NCBI GenBank assembly: GCA_963769885.1
Contig: CAVYNH010000006.1
Location: 544,001 to 608,000, forward strand
Source: Methanobacteriota archaeon
GTDB lineage: Archaea > Thermoplasmatota > E2 > DHVEG-1
Direction of reading: 5' to 3'
DNA: 64,000 nt
Below, piece by piece: positions 40,845-51,295 of the stretch; the first letter of the stretch is position 1; every line of letters starts with the position of its first letter. Both the position numbers and the translations under genes were made by a program. The notes below the pieces were generated by a model. The model worked only from the letters and a program-made list of their open reading frames with translations. It was not told where the DNA came from and did no database searches.

Positions 40845-41019
40845 AGAAGTCTAGTCTCTGACAACGAAAGCGAGATGGGCAGCGCTCCGCCCCTTTCGGC
40901 CGTTTGCCCCTTCTTTTTTTCCTTTTTTCACTTGTCCACTTAATAACCTGGTAGAACGATGGTGTTAGGTAAATTTAAATATAAATTGCCACATGTATTT
41001 TAATCAGAGGGCTAATATT

Positions 41020-43740
41020 ATGAAGAAAACAAATAATTTAGTAATGGGGATAGTAGTCCTGGCAATGTTATTTGCCACATTCTCAAGTGCAAACGGAATA
41101 ATGACAAAGAAAGGCTCTGAGACGCTCAACGAACGGTACATCAGCGTCTCGGACTCAACGATTTTGCTCAAATTATGGGACGTAAAAACCGGCGCGGAAG
41201 TCGTGCCCTATTACGCCATCAGCCTTAATGATGGAGCCACGTACGTCAGAACCGTCCAGGCGTCGTACGAGCTGGGGCTGCGGTATGCGCATTTCGATCC
41301 CTTGGTCAGCACCCCAACCGTTCGATCCATGCTGTCGTCCGGCCCGGATACTCATCTCTACATCGTGCAATTCGTGTGCCAGCCTCTAGAGAACTTCAAG
41401 AGCGCGATCGAGTCCCTTGGCGGGCATGTCCGGCAGTATATCGCCCAATACGCCTACCTGGTTGACATGAGCCAGACCGTGAAGACTCAGGTCCAGTCCT
41501 TGCCCTATGTGAGATGGATCGGCCCGTACCAGCCCGCGTATAAGCTTGACGAGTTCATGCTGCAGAACCTCGACAACGCACAGACCGCGTACCCGTCACA
41601 AAGCTACAACATCCAAGTTCATTCTCTCGAGATGAAAGAAGTGGTTGCCGACAAGATCGCCGCGCTCGGCGGCACGCAGGTCTGGGCAGATGCCGGCAAA
41701 GTACTCGTCCAGGCGACGCTCACTCCGGAGCAGCTGTTCCAAGTCGCCCGCTACGATGAAGTGAACTTCATCGACCGCTGGAGCCCCTACGAGCAGGATA
41801 TGGATATCACCCGCGTCATCAGCGGCGCAAACTACATCGAGACTGCCGGCGGCTTCAACGGCACAGGCGTCCGCGGAGAGGTCTTCGACGGGGGCGTCAA
41901 CCGCAACCACGTCGACTTCCAACTCCATCCCTTGATCGTGCACGGGCCCTCCTGCGGCAGCGACTCCCATGGGTCAGCGACCACGGGCATCTGCTTTGGG
42001 ACGGGAACAGGCGACCCCAAGGGTCGCGGGCTGTGCCCCGACGGCCAGGGGATTGTGGCTGATTACAATGTGATTGGTCTGTCAGGCGCTAGCCGGTACG
42101 CTCATGATCTCGAGATGGCGCAGGATCCCTGGGACTGCGTCTTCCAATCCTCAAGCGTCGGGGACGCTCAAGTGACCCAATACACGACCATCTCCGCGGA
42201 CACGGATGCCGCGATCTTCGATTCCGATGTTGTTCACTGCCAGTCCCAAAGCAATATGGGAACTCAGTATTCCCGTCCGCAGGCCTGGGCGAAAAACATG
42301 ATCTCCGTCGGCGCAGTTTACCATTATGACACGCTAACCCGGACTGACGATATGTGGAACGGCGGGGCGAGCATCGGTCCCGCAAGCGACAATAGGATCA
42401 AGCCGGACCTGTTGTTCTTCTATGACATGATTTACACCGTCGGCTACCCAGGCAACACTGCTTACACCGCGTCGTTTGGCGGAACTAGCGGCGCGACGCC
42501 GCAGACCGCCGGCTGCGTGGGCCTGTTCTTCCAGATGTGGTCCCAAGGGATCTTCGGCAACCCCGTGACCCCGGGCGCGACCGTCTTCCAGAACAAGTGC
42601 CATTTTACGACCGCCAAGGCGATGATGATTGACACTGCCTACCAGTACCCCTTCAACGGGACGAGCGGCGACAAGATCCGCTGTCACCAGGGATGGGGCA
42701 TGCCGAACCTGACGACCATGTATGACCGACGCAATCAGTTCTATACGGTCGATGAGACCGACATCCTCGCTCCGTTCCAGACCGGCACCCACACGGTCTG
42801 CGTCGCCGCTGGGCAGCCGGAGCTGAAGGTCGTCATGACCTACGCGGACGTACCCGGGAACCCCTCGGTCCAGACCCAGCACCGCATCAACGATCTGACG
42901 CTGAAGGTCACTTCGCCGTCTAGCACGGTCTACTGGGGGAACGGCGGTCTCTATGAGCATATCTATTCCACGCCTGGCGGCAGCGCCGACACGAAGAACA
43001 CCGTGGAGTGCGTGTTCGTCCAGAACCCTGAGCCCGGGGTATGGACGCTTCAGGTCTCTGCCGATGAGATTCTCGCGGACACCCATGTAGAGACCCCCGC
43101 GATGGATGCTGATTATGCCTTGGTCGCCAGCCCCGTGATGGGAGGACCTCAGCCGCCGACCATCAATGGGTCATCAGAAGCCTACGTCGGAATTCCCGCG
43201 AACTACACGGTTGTCTCCAGCGACCCCCTCGGAGGGGACCTCTACTATCGGATCGATTGGGGCGATGGGAATATGACGGACTGGTTCGGACCTTTCGCAT
43301 CAGGCGTCCCGGCTCCTGCCTCCCATACCTGGATGATGGCGGGCGACTACTCGATCATCGCGAAGGTCAAGACCGCGACCGCTGAGAGCGGCAACTCCAC
43401 TCCCTTCCCTGTGACGGTCTACGGTCCCGTCCTCTCCCTGAGCACGATGACGGGCGGGCTGTTTTTTGTAAAGACGAAGATAACGAACATCGGTGAGTTA
43501 GAGGCTCGGAACGTGAGCTGGAGCATCGATCTCGACGGCAAACTCGTCCTCCTCGGAAGGCACTCCAATGGGACCGCCGGCAACATCCCGGTGGGCGGCA
43601 ACGTGACCGTCAAGTCGAAGTTCATCCTCGGCTTTGGGTCGAGCCATTTCACCGCTACCGCAGTCGAATACTACGGGTATACTGCCTCGAGGAAACAGTC
43701 GGGAATGCTCTTGGGCTTCTTCATCAAGGTGAACCCGTAG
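41020..43740 (+). CDS. secreted S8 subtilase with PKD-like domain and shared C-terminal domain
   Basis: MKK signal peptide; D (EVFDGG), H (SHGSATTG), S (GGTSGATP); GPASDNRIKPD; YRIDWGDG; CTD. Confidence 0.88.
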   Translation: MKKTNNLVMGIVVLAMLFATFSSANGIMTKKGSETLNERYISVSDSTILLKLWDVKTGAEVVPYYAISLNDGATYVRTVQASYELGLRYAHFDPLVSTPTVRSMLSSGPDTHLYIVQFVCQPLENFKSAIESLGGHVRQYIAQYAYLVDMSQTVKTQVQSLPYVRWIGPYQPAYKLDEFMLQNLDNAQTAYPSQSYNIQVHSLEMKEVVADKIAALGGTQVWADAGKVLVQATLTPEQLFQVARYDEVNFIDRWSPYEQDMDITRVISGANYIETAGGFNGTGVRGEVFDGGVNRNHVDFQLHPLIVHGPSCGSDSHGSATTGICFGTGTGDPKGRGLCPDGQGIVADYNVIGLSGASRYAHDLEMAQDPWDCVFQSSSVGDAQVTQYTTISADTDAAIFDSDVVHCQSQSNMGTQYSRPQAWAKNMISVGAVYHYDTLTRTDDMWNGGASIGPASDNRIKPDLLFFYDMIYTVGYPGNTAYTASFGGTSGATPQTAGCVGLFFQMWSQGIFGNPVTPGATVFQNKCHFTTAKAMMIDTAYQYPFNGTSGDKIRCHQGWGMPNLTTMYDRRNQFYTVDETDILAPFQTGTHTVCVAAGQPELKVVMTYADVPGNPSVQTQHRINDLTLKVTSPSSTVYWGNGGLYEHIYSTPGGSADTKNTVECVFVQNPEPGVWTLQVSADEILADTHVETPAMDADYALVASPVMGGPQPPTINGSSEAYVGIPANYTVVSSDPLGGDLYYRIDWGDGNMTDWFGPFASGVPAPASHTWMMAGDYSIIAKVKTATAESGNSTPFPVTVYGPVLSLSTMTGGLFFVKTKITNIGELEARNVSWSIDLDGKLVLLGRHSNGTAGNIPVGGNVTVKSKFILGFGSSHFTATAVEYYGYTASRKQSGMLLGFFIKVNP

Positions 43741-43744
43741 GGAA

Positions 43745-43780
43745 GGCTAAAGGGCTCTTTAGCCCCTCTCCTCTTTTTTT
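43745..43780 (+). terminator. hairpin plus T-tract terminator
   Basis: GGCTAAAG-ggct-CTTTAGCC perfect 8-bp stem directly after the stop codon, followed by TTTTTTT. Confidence 0.6.
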
Positions 43781-44039
43781 CTTTCTTCTGCCTGAGCCAC
43801 AAGCAGTTTCAAAGAAACAATTTTTTTTTTAAAAAAACTAACGGCCAGAGTAGGATAGTGCTAGGCCAATAGGAGGAATCTGAAGGGATAGAACGCACTA
43901 ATTAGCATGCCGGTTCCTGGAGCTGATGAGATTTGACTTTTTCGCTCCTTAAGTATTTACTTTAAAATCATCAGGAAATTAATATAAATACGAAATTAGA
44001 TGATAAAGCATATTTAGTTCAAGGGAGGAATACAAGAAT

Positions 44040-46028
44040 ATGAGAAGGTTATCTGTTGTCTTAATAGTAAGTCTGCTGATGATAAGCTGGGTACCAATCC
44101 TAAGTGCCCAATGGACTTCCAATCCCGCTGAAAACACGGCAATTACCATGATGGGTGGCGAACAGGCGCTGCCGAAGATCGCTGTTGATAGCGCCGGGTA
44201 TGCATACATCTCATGGTTTTCAATAGAAGGGGGGAATTATAATGTGCGGATGCAGCGTCTGGATCGTGATGGCAATGCGCTGTGGGGCGCAAATGGTGTG
44301 TTGGTCAGCGGCCAGCCTCAAGCGAGCTCGCTGACCGACTACGACCTGACCGTTGATTCGGCTGGGTATTCGGTTGTCACCTTTTCCGACATACGCACAG
44401 GTCAACTGAATCCTGTCGGGTATCGAGTTGCTCCGAACGGTACCATGATGTGGGGTCCGACCGGCGTCCTGCTTACAAACGACACCAACTATGACCCGAG
44501 CCCAAAAGTGTGCACCACGCCCGCTGGAAACAGCGTTTTTGCATGGCAAAGCTGTCCGGATACCGGCAACTATCAAGTCCGTCTGCAAAAAGTCTCGCCG
44601 GCCGGACAGAAGTTATGGGGGAACAGCATCATCATGACGCAATCTGGTGTTGATTATGTTTCCCCGTACTTGCAGCCGGCGGAGAACGACAGCGTGTACG
44701 TGATCTGGCATAAGGCGACCGGCTCGCACCTCTATCCCAATCGTGGGCTCTATGTGCAGAAGCTCGATGCGAACGGGAATTTCATGTGGGCATCGGCCCT
44801 GGAAATCTACGCCCCGGTCCCAGAGGGTCCGGTGGTGAATCTCCAGATGTGCAGGGACGATGTCGGAGGAATTATCTTCACTTGGTATCTTTCTACCGAC
44901 ATTAGCCACTTTTACTGTTATGTGCAGCGGATGGATGCCAATGGTACGATCAGCATGCCTGCCAATGGCGTGCTCGCGTCGACGTCGACGGCACGGATTC
45001 ACATGTATCCAACGCCGGCCTTTTTGAGCCAGACCCGTCAGATCGTCCTCTTCTTCAGCGAGCAGGATTTAAACCAGATTATGCGCGGCATGTATGCTCA
45101 GAAATTCGACCTTCAGGGCAACCGACTGTGGGGTGACGAAGGGAAAGAGTTGATTGGGCTTTCGAATAATGATTACTTCCTCCTGTTTGCTGGTGGGAAT
45201 GACAACAAGGCGATTTGCACCTATCAGGCTGCTGAACCTGGAAGTAGTCCCTATACCAAAATCCAGGCCGTGATGCTCGACGATTCGGGGAATTTCACGT
45301 GGCCGGGGCATTTCGTTGATCTGTGCACTGTTCTAAGCTCGAAGCTGCACAACGTGATGAGCCAGTATTATATGGGGCAATGGGTCGCGGTGTGGGAAGA
45401 CCTACGCAACGATGACGGGGATATCTATGCCCAGAACATCCAGCCAGACGGCACCCTTGGTCCTGTGGTGAACCAGCCTCCTGTCGCTGATTTCACCTGG
45501 ACGCCGTCCGACCCCTCGCCTGGCGAGGCCGTGCAGTTCACCGACCTTTCGCATGATCCCGTCGGGGATATCGTGAATTGGTCGTGGGATTTCGGCGATG
45601 GCAACACGAGTTTCGCTCAGAATCCGACGCATCTATACACACTGCCGGGGATGTACACGGTCAGCCTGATGGTGACCGATAACGATGGCGCCAATGGCAG
45701 CGTCTCGAAGAACCTTACCGTGATCAATCCGTACCTCAACATCACCATCAAACCCGGTGTCGGTCTTGGCATCACAGTGATTTTCAACAACAGCGGGCCA
45801 ACCGCCGTGCTCAAGGAGCCCTATGAGATCACGGTGAAAGGGGGAGTCCTCGGGCGTATCAACAAGCGTGTGAATGATACCGTCGATATCCCCGCTGGTG
45901 GGTCGACACCCGTCAAGACAGGGATGCTGTTCGGGTTCGGGGCGCTCAAGATCACCGCGAAGCTCGCTGACAAAGAACAGACCGCAACCGGAACGCAGAT
46001 CATCATCTTGACACTGGTGAAGAAATAG
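44040..46028 (+). CDS. secreted repeat (beta-propeller-like) protein with PKD domain and shared C-terminal domain
   Basis: Signal peptide, repeated QRLD.NG..LWG..G units, WSWDFGDG PKD, CTD NNSG/GGVLG/FGFG. Confidence 0.8.
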   Translation: MRRLSVVLIVSLLMISWVPILSAQWTSNPAENTAITMMGGEQALPKIAVDSAGYAYISWFSIEGGNYNVRMQRLDRDGNALWGANGVLVSGQPQASSLTDYDLTVDSAGYSVVTFSDIRTGQLNPVGYRVAPNGTMMWGPTGVLLTNDTNYDPSPKVCTTPAGNSVFAWQSCPDTGNYQVRLQKVSPAGQKLWGNSIIMTQSGVDYVSPYLQPAENDSVYVIWHKATGSHLYPNRGLYVQKLDANGNFMWASALEIYAPVPEGPVVNLQMCRDDVGGIIFTWYLSTDISHFYCYVQRMDANGTISMPANGVLASTSTARIHMYPTPAFLSQTRQIVLFFSEQDLNQIMRGMYAQKFDLQGNRLWGDEGKELIGLSNNDYFLLFAGGNDNKAICTYQAAEPGSSPYTKIQAVMLDDSGNFTWPGHFVDLCTVLSSKLHNVMSQYYMGQWVAVWEDLRNDDGDIYAQNIQPDGTLGPVVNQPPVADFTWTPSDPSPGEAVQFTDLSHDPVGDIVNWSWDFGDGNTSFAQNPTHLYTLPGMYTVSLMVTDNDGANGSVSKNLTVINPYLNITIKPGVGLGITVIFNNSGPTAVLKEPYEITVKGGVLGRINKRVNDTVDIPAGGSTPVKTGMLFGFGALKITAKLADKEQTATGTQIIILTLVKK

Positions 46029-46064
46029 GGAAGACGACTTCCCTTTCTCCCTTCTTTTCTTTTT
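46028..46064 (+). terminator. hairpin plus pyrimidine/T-tract terminator
   Basis: GGGAAG-acga-CTTCCC followed by a T-rich tract. Confidence 0.55.
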
Positions 46065-46106
46065 AAATTTCTTACGATAGCCTAGCTTCTTTTCCTGTTG
46101 CAGGAA

Positions 46107-46146
46107 TGGGCCCGGCATGGTCCGGTTCCCGTCAACAGGAGAAAAT
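46107..46146 (-). repeat. degenerate copy of tRNA-Ile2 3' end (att-like)
   Basis: TGGGCCCGGCA is identical to 55796-55806; the following GTCAACAGGAGAAAAT also occurs at 54447-54462. Confidence 0.65.
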
Positions 46147-46414
46147 CGGATCGACAAACCCCTGTTTTTGGCCAGTGTCGATTTGCCAACCTTGGTATCA
46201 ATCTACCCTCTTTTTTTCTTTTTATGTACTTTTCAAAGCGCTTGATATTCCGCAGGGTAATGAGCCAAAATCAAATTCCCATACTGGTTAATAGTCGGGG
46301 GTGGGAGTAATAGAAAAAACCGTCTTCTCCAGTAGAAGGAATTTAATTTCTTCCAAACATTTAAATGAATTAACAGACATTATATCCGTAATGAATAAGG
46401 GCGGGAAAGACCAC

Positions 46415-48730
46415 ATGAGAACTACTCTCTGGACCAAAATAGTTGTTATAAGCATCATCCTCTTTCTCGGCACAGGTGTTGTCCCGGCAATCAACGGAAA
46501 CATCGAGCATAATGTGCAAGGTAGTCAATCAATAAAAACGATGCAACTTTCATCGTCCGCACTTACCTTTGACCAGACCTCTATTGCGTCACTTGCAAAC
46601 CCAGACGAACTGCCAATTGAAAAAATCGTCTCTAACAACGTCTACGTACAATCACCAAATCATCGACCGATTCTCGAATCGAATAACACCATGATTACCC
46701 AACCCTTAGACAACGATATCTATCGCACAGGGGATCTTATCGACATCGAAGGAACCGCAGACGGCGCAAATTTCCAATACTACACCGTCGACTGGGGGAT
46801 TGGCGAAAACCCCAGCCAATGGAACACTACCGGCATCACTCTCACCAACGACGGCCAAGAACCTATCGCCAACAACACCCTCGCCACCTGGAACACCAAC
46901 TTCGCCACCACCGCCAACTACTACACCCTCAGACTCACCGTCAATTACACCACCTCCCAAGACACCGCCCTCATCATCGACATCTACATCGACCCTGCCC
47001 TCAAACAAGGATGGCCACAACACATCCCCTTCGAATGGACCCCAGACGGCTTAACCTATTACTGGGCCGGATTACTTGAACCTGCCGTCGCTGACATCAA
47101 CAACGACGGCTACTCTGAAATCATCGCCTACAAAGGCGGAAACCCACCGAAACTGGATTGCTTCAGCCAAGACGGCACACTCCTCTGGGAAGCCCCCGTC
47201 GGAAACACAGATTCACCTGGTGGGAACCTCAACTACCCCGTCATCGGAGACGTCAATAACGACGGCTACGATGAAATCGTCGTCTTCCATTTCCTGCACT
47301 TCGACTTCGACCATTCACAAGTCTACGTCTTCGGCCACAACGGAGCAGTCCTACTCGGCTGGCCTGTCACACTCCCCAAAGAATTTCACGCGACAATCAT
47401 CATCGCCGATGTTAATAACGACGGATACCGGGATATCATTTTCAAAGGAAACGACGCCAAAAACCGAATGCTCATCGTCCTCGACCACACAGGATCAATA
47501 ATCACCCAATTTCCACTTTACCACGTAAATTGGGGAAGCTTCATCGAACCCTGCCCAACCGTCGGAAACTTCGACAGCGACCCAGAACTTGAAATTGTCA
47601 CCGCCGATCCTAGTGAATACGCCGGCTACAACTCGACCTCAGGACAATGGAACAACACCGGCGTCATTCACGTCTACAACCTCGACGGCACCGAAGTACC
47701 CGGATGGCCAGTTTACACCCCTGGTGTCATCTTCTCCTCGCCAGTTACTGCAGACATCAACAACGACGGCTACCCCGAAATCATCGTCGGACTCGAATTC
47801 GCCGGCGACGCACCCAACCCAGACTATGGCGGCCTCTACGTCTATGACCACAACGGCTATGTCCTCCCCGGCTTCCCCTTCGAAAAAGGCTGGAACTTCG
47901 CCTCCACACCCGCCGTCGCAGACTTCGACAACGACGGCTACCTCGAAATCACCGCCAGCCGACTCGGATTCTACACCTACGTCATCCACCACGACGGAAC
48001 ACTCGCAGCCGGATGGCCACAAACCACAATCTGGAACGACTACTACTCTACTATAGCCGGAGATGTCGACGGCGATCATATTCCCGACATCGTAACCACT
48101 GCTGGCAATGGATTCTGCCCCATCTACCAACCCGGCGGCGTCTATGCCTGGAAATACGACGGCACACCCATCCCCGGATTCCCCAAAGTCACTGAAGGCG
48201 ACGCACAAGCACCAGCCACTATCGCCGACATCGACAACGACGGCAAAGTCGAAATCATCGCCAGCTCCGACTGGGATATGGACTTCCAGACAGCCTCCTT
48301 CAAAGAACGAGGAACACTCTACGTTTGGGACATCAACACCACCTACAATCAAACCACGATGCTCTGGCCAACCTTCCACCTCAACACAGAACGCACCGGC
48401 ATGATCCCAACATCACCCATGCCATACCTCATAATTGGAAACATCACCGGAGGATTCTTTAAAATCAAATCAACCATCAACAATATAGGCACCGCACCAG
48501 CAACCACTATCCAATGGAACATCACGCTAACAGGCGGACTCATCCTCATAGGACGAAAAACAACCAGAACCATCTCAACGCTCAATCCCAGCATGGAACA
48601 AATCATTATGTCGAAAGCCATTATTGGTTTCGGAAAAACAGTGATCACCATCACGGCCGCCATACCAAGGATGACCGTGACAAAGCAACAGAACGCAACC
48701 GTGAGGTTGTTTTTCATTCACACGAACTAA
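46415..48730 (+). CDS. secreted FG-GAP/VCBS repeat protein with shared C-terminal domain
   Basis: Signal peptide MRTTLWTKIVVISIILFLG; repeated P.VADINNDGY.EII and GWP motifs; CTD NNIGTAPA/GGLIL/GFGKTVIT. Confidence 0.85.
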   Translation: MRTTLWTKIVVISIILFLGTGVVPAINGNIEHNVQGSQSIKTMQLSSSALTFDQTSIASLANPDELPIEKIVSNNVYVQSPNHRPILESNNTMITQPLDNDIYRTGDLIDIEGTADGANFQYYTVDWGIGENPSQWNTTGITLTNDGQEPIANNTLATWNTNFATTANYYTLRLTVNYTTSQDTALIIDIYIDPALKQGWPQHIPFEWTPDGLTYYWAGLLEPAVADINNDGYSEIIAYKGGNPPKLDCFSQDGTLLWEAPVGNTDSPGGNLNYPVIGDVNNDGYDEIVVFHFLHFDFDHSQVYVFGHNGAVLLGWPVTLPKEFHATIIIADVNNDGYRDIIFKGNDAKNRMLIVLDHTGSIITQFPLYHVNWGSFIEPCPTVGNFDSDPELEIVTADPSEYAGYNSTSGQWNNTGVIHVYNLDGTEVPGWPVYTPGVIFSSPVTADINNDGYPEIIVGLEFAGDAPNPDYGGLYVYDHNGYVLPGFPFEKGWNFASTPAVADFDNDGYLEITASRLGFYTYVIHHDGTLAAGWPQTTIWNDYYSTIAGDVDGDHIPDIVTTAGNGFCPIYQPGGVYAWKYDGTPIPGFPKVTEGDAQAPATIADIDNDGKVEIIASSDWDMDFQTASFKERGTLYVWDINTTYNQTTMLWPTFHLNTERTGMIPTSPMPYLIIGNITGGFFKIKSTINNIGTAPATTIQWNITLTGGLILIGRKTTRTISTLNPSMEQIIMSKAIIGFGKTVITITAAIPRMTVTKQQNATVRLFFIHTN

Positions 48731-48737
48731 ACCAAAC

Positions 48738-48778
48738 CCGAGCAACAAAAGAGATGCGGTCGGCAGGAAGCAGACAGG
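48738..48778 (-). repeat. degenerate att-like repeat at the left edge of the AT-rich operon
   Basis: CCGAG..AAAA.AGATGcGgtCGGCAGGAAGC.GAC.AGG aligns with 54410-54447; CGGCAGGAAGC is identical. Confidence 0.55.
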
Positions 48779-48919
48779 CGACCGAGAGTAAGAGGAGGTG
48801 AAATATTCTGCTGCGTTGTGTGTTCTACTGCGTTTTTAAACCAATCAGGTTAAATATCACCGGAGGATTATAGATGTTTTACCCTTCAAGTTTTCTAGAA
48901 AATAAGGGAGGTAATATCA

Positions 48920-50189
48920 TTGTCCCTTGAAAGTCGACAGAGATTATTAATCGATAAAAAGCGGGTTGATGAAGTCAATGCTTTTTTTATGGATCCATCG
49001 AATAAGCTCATTCAAGATCTACTGGTGCTAGTAGAAAAATATGGAGGACCTGAGGAGATCAATCGAAAAGCACGGGAGAATGGCTCCATTGAATCGCTTC
49101 TGTCCCGTCTTCAAACGAAACACTCGCCGTATGTCAAGGATTTAGAATGGCTTTATAAACAGCGGGAAAAGCAGTCGTTCATTAGCGTGGATGAATACCG
49201 ACGGAGAATCCTCGGAGATCGAGTGAAGAAAATAACTGTTGATGAAGACTATGCAGTTACCCTTGAAATAAGCGCGTGTCAATATTTCCCTTTTTTTATG
49301 GTGGAAGCACGACAAGCACTTGAAAAAGAACAGTTGTTGCCAGGTCGTTTCATCCGTGTGCGTCGCATGAAGGAACAGGAACAAGACGACGACCTGCTCG
49401 CGATAAATGCTGCGATGCAGATTATTGGGGCGAGCTGGTGCGATACCTTGGATACGCGTGGAACTGATGGATCAAATGTTCATCTCGGAGGCCCAGAGAC
49501 CATTACAGGGTATTTTGGGGGTGTTGGGCAGCCAAATGACCATGCGATCCGCTGGGTAAATGAACTCCTCTACTACTACACCAACTATGGTGTACGTCAG
49601 GGTACTGAATGTCAATTCAGGGACGATTCTGTTGGGATATCTGCTCCATAAGCTCGGCATTGATATCGAGTTTAAGATTTCTGTCTTCATGGGGAATGAT
49701 AACCCGTATGCCGTGTTCTGGACGCTGATGGCTGCTCGGCTGTTTTCCCGGGATGACGGTTCCACCTCGTTAATCGGGTTCAACTTTTCAAACTCCGTGG
49801 ATAATCTCAGTATTGAGATGAGTGCTGACATCCGACGGTCTCTTGGGCTGGAGAGATACGTTCGATTTGAGCATCATATTCTGGAGACTTGGAAAAGCAT
49901 CGTCGTGCAACCGTATGATCGTCGGGAGGAGCTGTTAGATCTCGCCACAAAGGTGAAGAACATCAGCGCCAAGCATGAGGGTGGGGAACTCGTGGTGGAA
50001 CAACAACGGGCCCATCCCTCCGATATCCTTGACTATTTCCTTTCTAAGGAGGAAATCAACGAGAAAGGATTGATGTCCGATCTCCTCCAAAATTATCTGG
50101 ATAAACATGAGGCGATTAACAATACCGCGAAGGCGTTGACTGAAAAAGGTCTAGCATTTATTGCTGCATCAAAACTGCATCACAGGTAA
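48920..50189 (+). pseudogene. conserved-looking hypothetical protein (about 422 aa) with one +1 frameshift at GGG 49600-49602
   Basis: TTG start after GGAGGT. Deleting one G joins ...NYGVRQ to VLNVNSGTILLGY... Enzyme-like motifs TLEISACQYFP, LDTRGTDGSNVHLGG, GYFGGVGQPN, ISAKHEGG. Confidence 0.75.
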
Positions 50190-50199
50190 GGGATAATAC

Positions 50200-51243
50200 A
50201 TGCATTTCAAATTAGCGTTTATTGGCTTTGGAACCGTTGGACAAGGACTGGCTGAGATATTAGTAGAAAAAAAAGAGATGCTCTCGAAAAAATATGATTT
50301 CCAGTATACGGTTGTAGCCATTTCTGATATCATGAAAGGCTCTGTCTATGAGAAAGATGGTCTTGATTTGAAAAAGATCCTCGAACTCGTGAAAAAAGGG
50401 AAAAAGTTGGATGAGTACCCCGCCGGTAAGAAAGGTATGGATGGTCTCACGACAATCAAGGAAACGAATGCTGATACCATTATCGAGGTGACGTACACTG
50501 ATATAAAAACAGGTGAACCAGCGACGACGCACATCAAGACAGCTCTGAACGCTGGGAAGAATGTTGTCTCCACAAACAAAGGTCCGGTTGTTCGAGAGGC
50601 GAACGCTCTGTTAGATTTAGCTAGAAAGAAGGAGGTTCACTATGGTTTTGAGGGAGTTGTCCTCGCTGGAACACCTGCGTTAAATCTAGTCAAATACACT
50701 CTTGCAGGTACTAACATTAGGGGGTTCAAAGGGATATTGAATGGTACAACCAACTACATTTTAACCCGCATGGGCGAAGGCATGTCCTATGAAGATGCTT
50801 TGAAAAAAGCCCAAGCCCTTGGGTATGCTGAGGCCGATCCAACAGCAGATGTGGAAGGTATTGACGCAATGGGCAAAGTCGTTATTTTGACAAACGTCGT
50901 GTTAGAAAAAAATATTACAGTGAACGATGTACAAAGGAAAGGTATTACTGAAGTTACACAAAAGGATATCAAGGATGCAGCATCTGAAGGGAAATGCTGG
51001 AAATTAATTGGTAGTGCAGAGGTGCAAGCAAATGGCTCAGTGAAGGCAAGAGTCTGGCCTGAGAAACTGCCTTTGAGCGATCCGCTTGCAGGTGTGAGAG
51101 GTGCGACAAATGCGCTGACCTATTCCACTGATGAACTCGGTCCGGTCACGATTGTCGGACCCGGTGCTGGTCGCCGTGAGACAGGGTTTGCGTTGCTAAT
51201 CGATCTCTTAAACCTCAATCGCGAAATGCAAAAAACCCCTTGA
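50200..51243 (+). CDS. hom: homoserine dehydrogenase (no ACT domain)
   Basis: GFGTVG, TNKGP, GILNGTTNYIL, GYAEADPTADVEG.D, GPGAG. Confidence 0.92.
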   Translation: MHFKLAFIGFGTVGQGLAEILVEKKEMLSKKYDFQYTVVAISDIMKGSVYEKDGLDLKKILELVKKGKKLDEYPAGKKGMDGLTTIKETNADTIIEVTYTDIKTGEPATTHIKTALNAGKNVVSTNKGPVVREANALLDLARKKEVHYGFEGVVLAGTPALNLVKYTLAGTNIRGFKGILNGTTNYILTRMGEGMSYEDALKKAQALGYAEADPTADVEGIDAMGKVVILTNVVLEKNITVNDVQRKGITEVTQKDIKDAASEGKCWKLIGSAEVQANGSVKARVWPEKLPLSDPLAGVRGATNALTYSTDELGPVTIVGPGAGRRETGFALLIDLLNLNREMQKTP

Positions 51244-51295
51244 GAGAAAAAAGAATTCGCCCTTGGAGGATAGATAGAATGGACGGGGAAACTAC

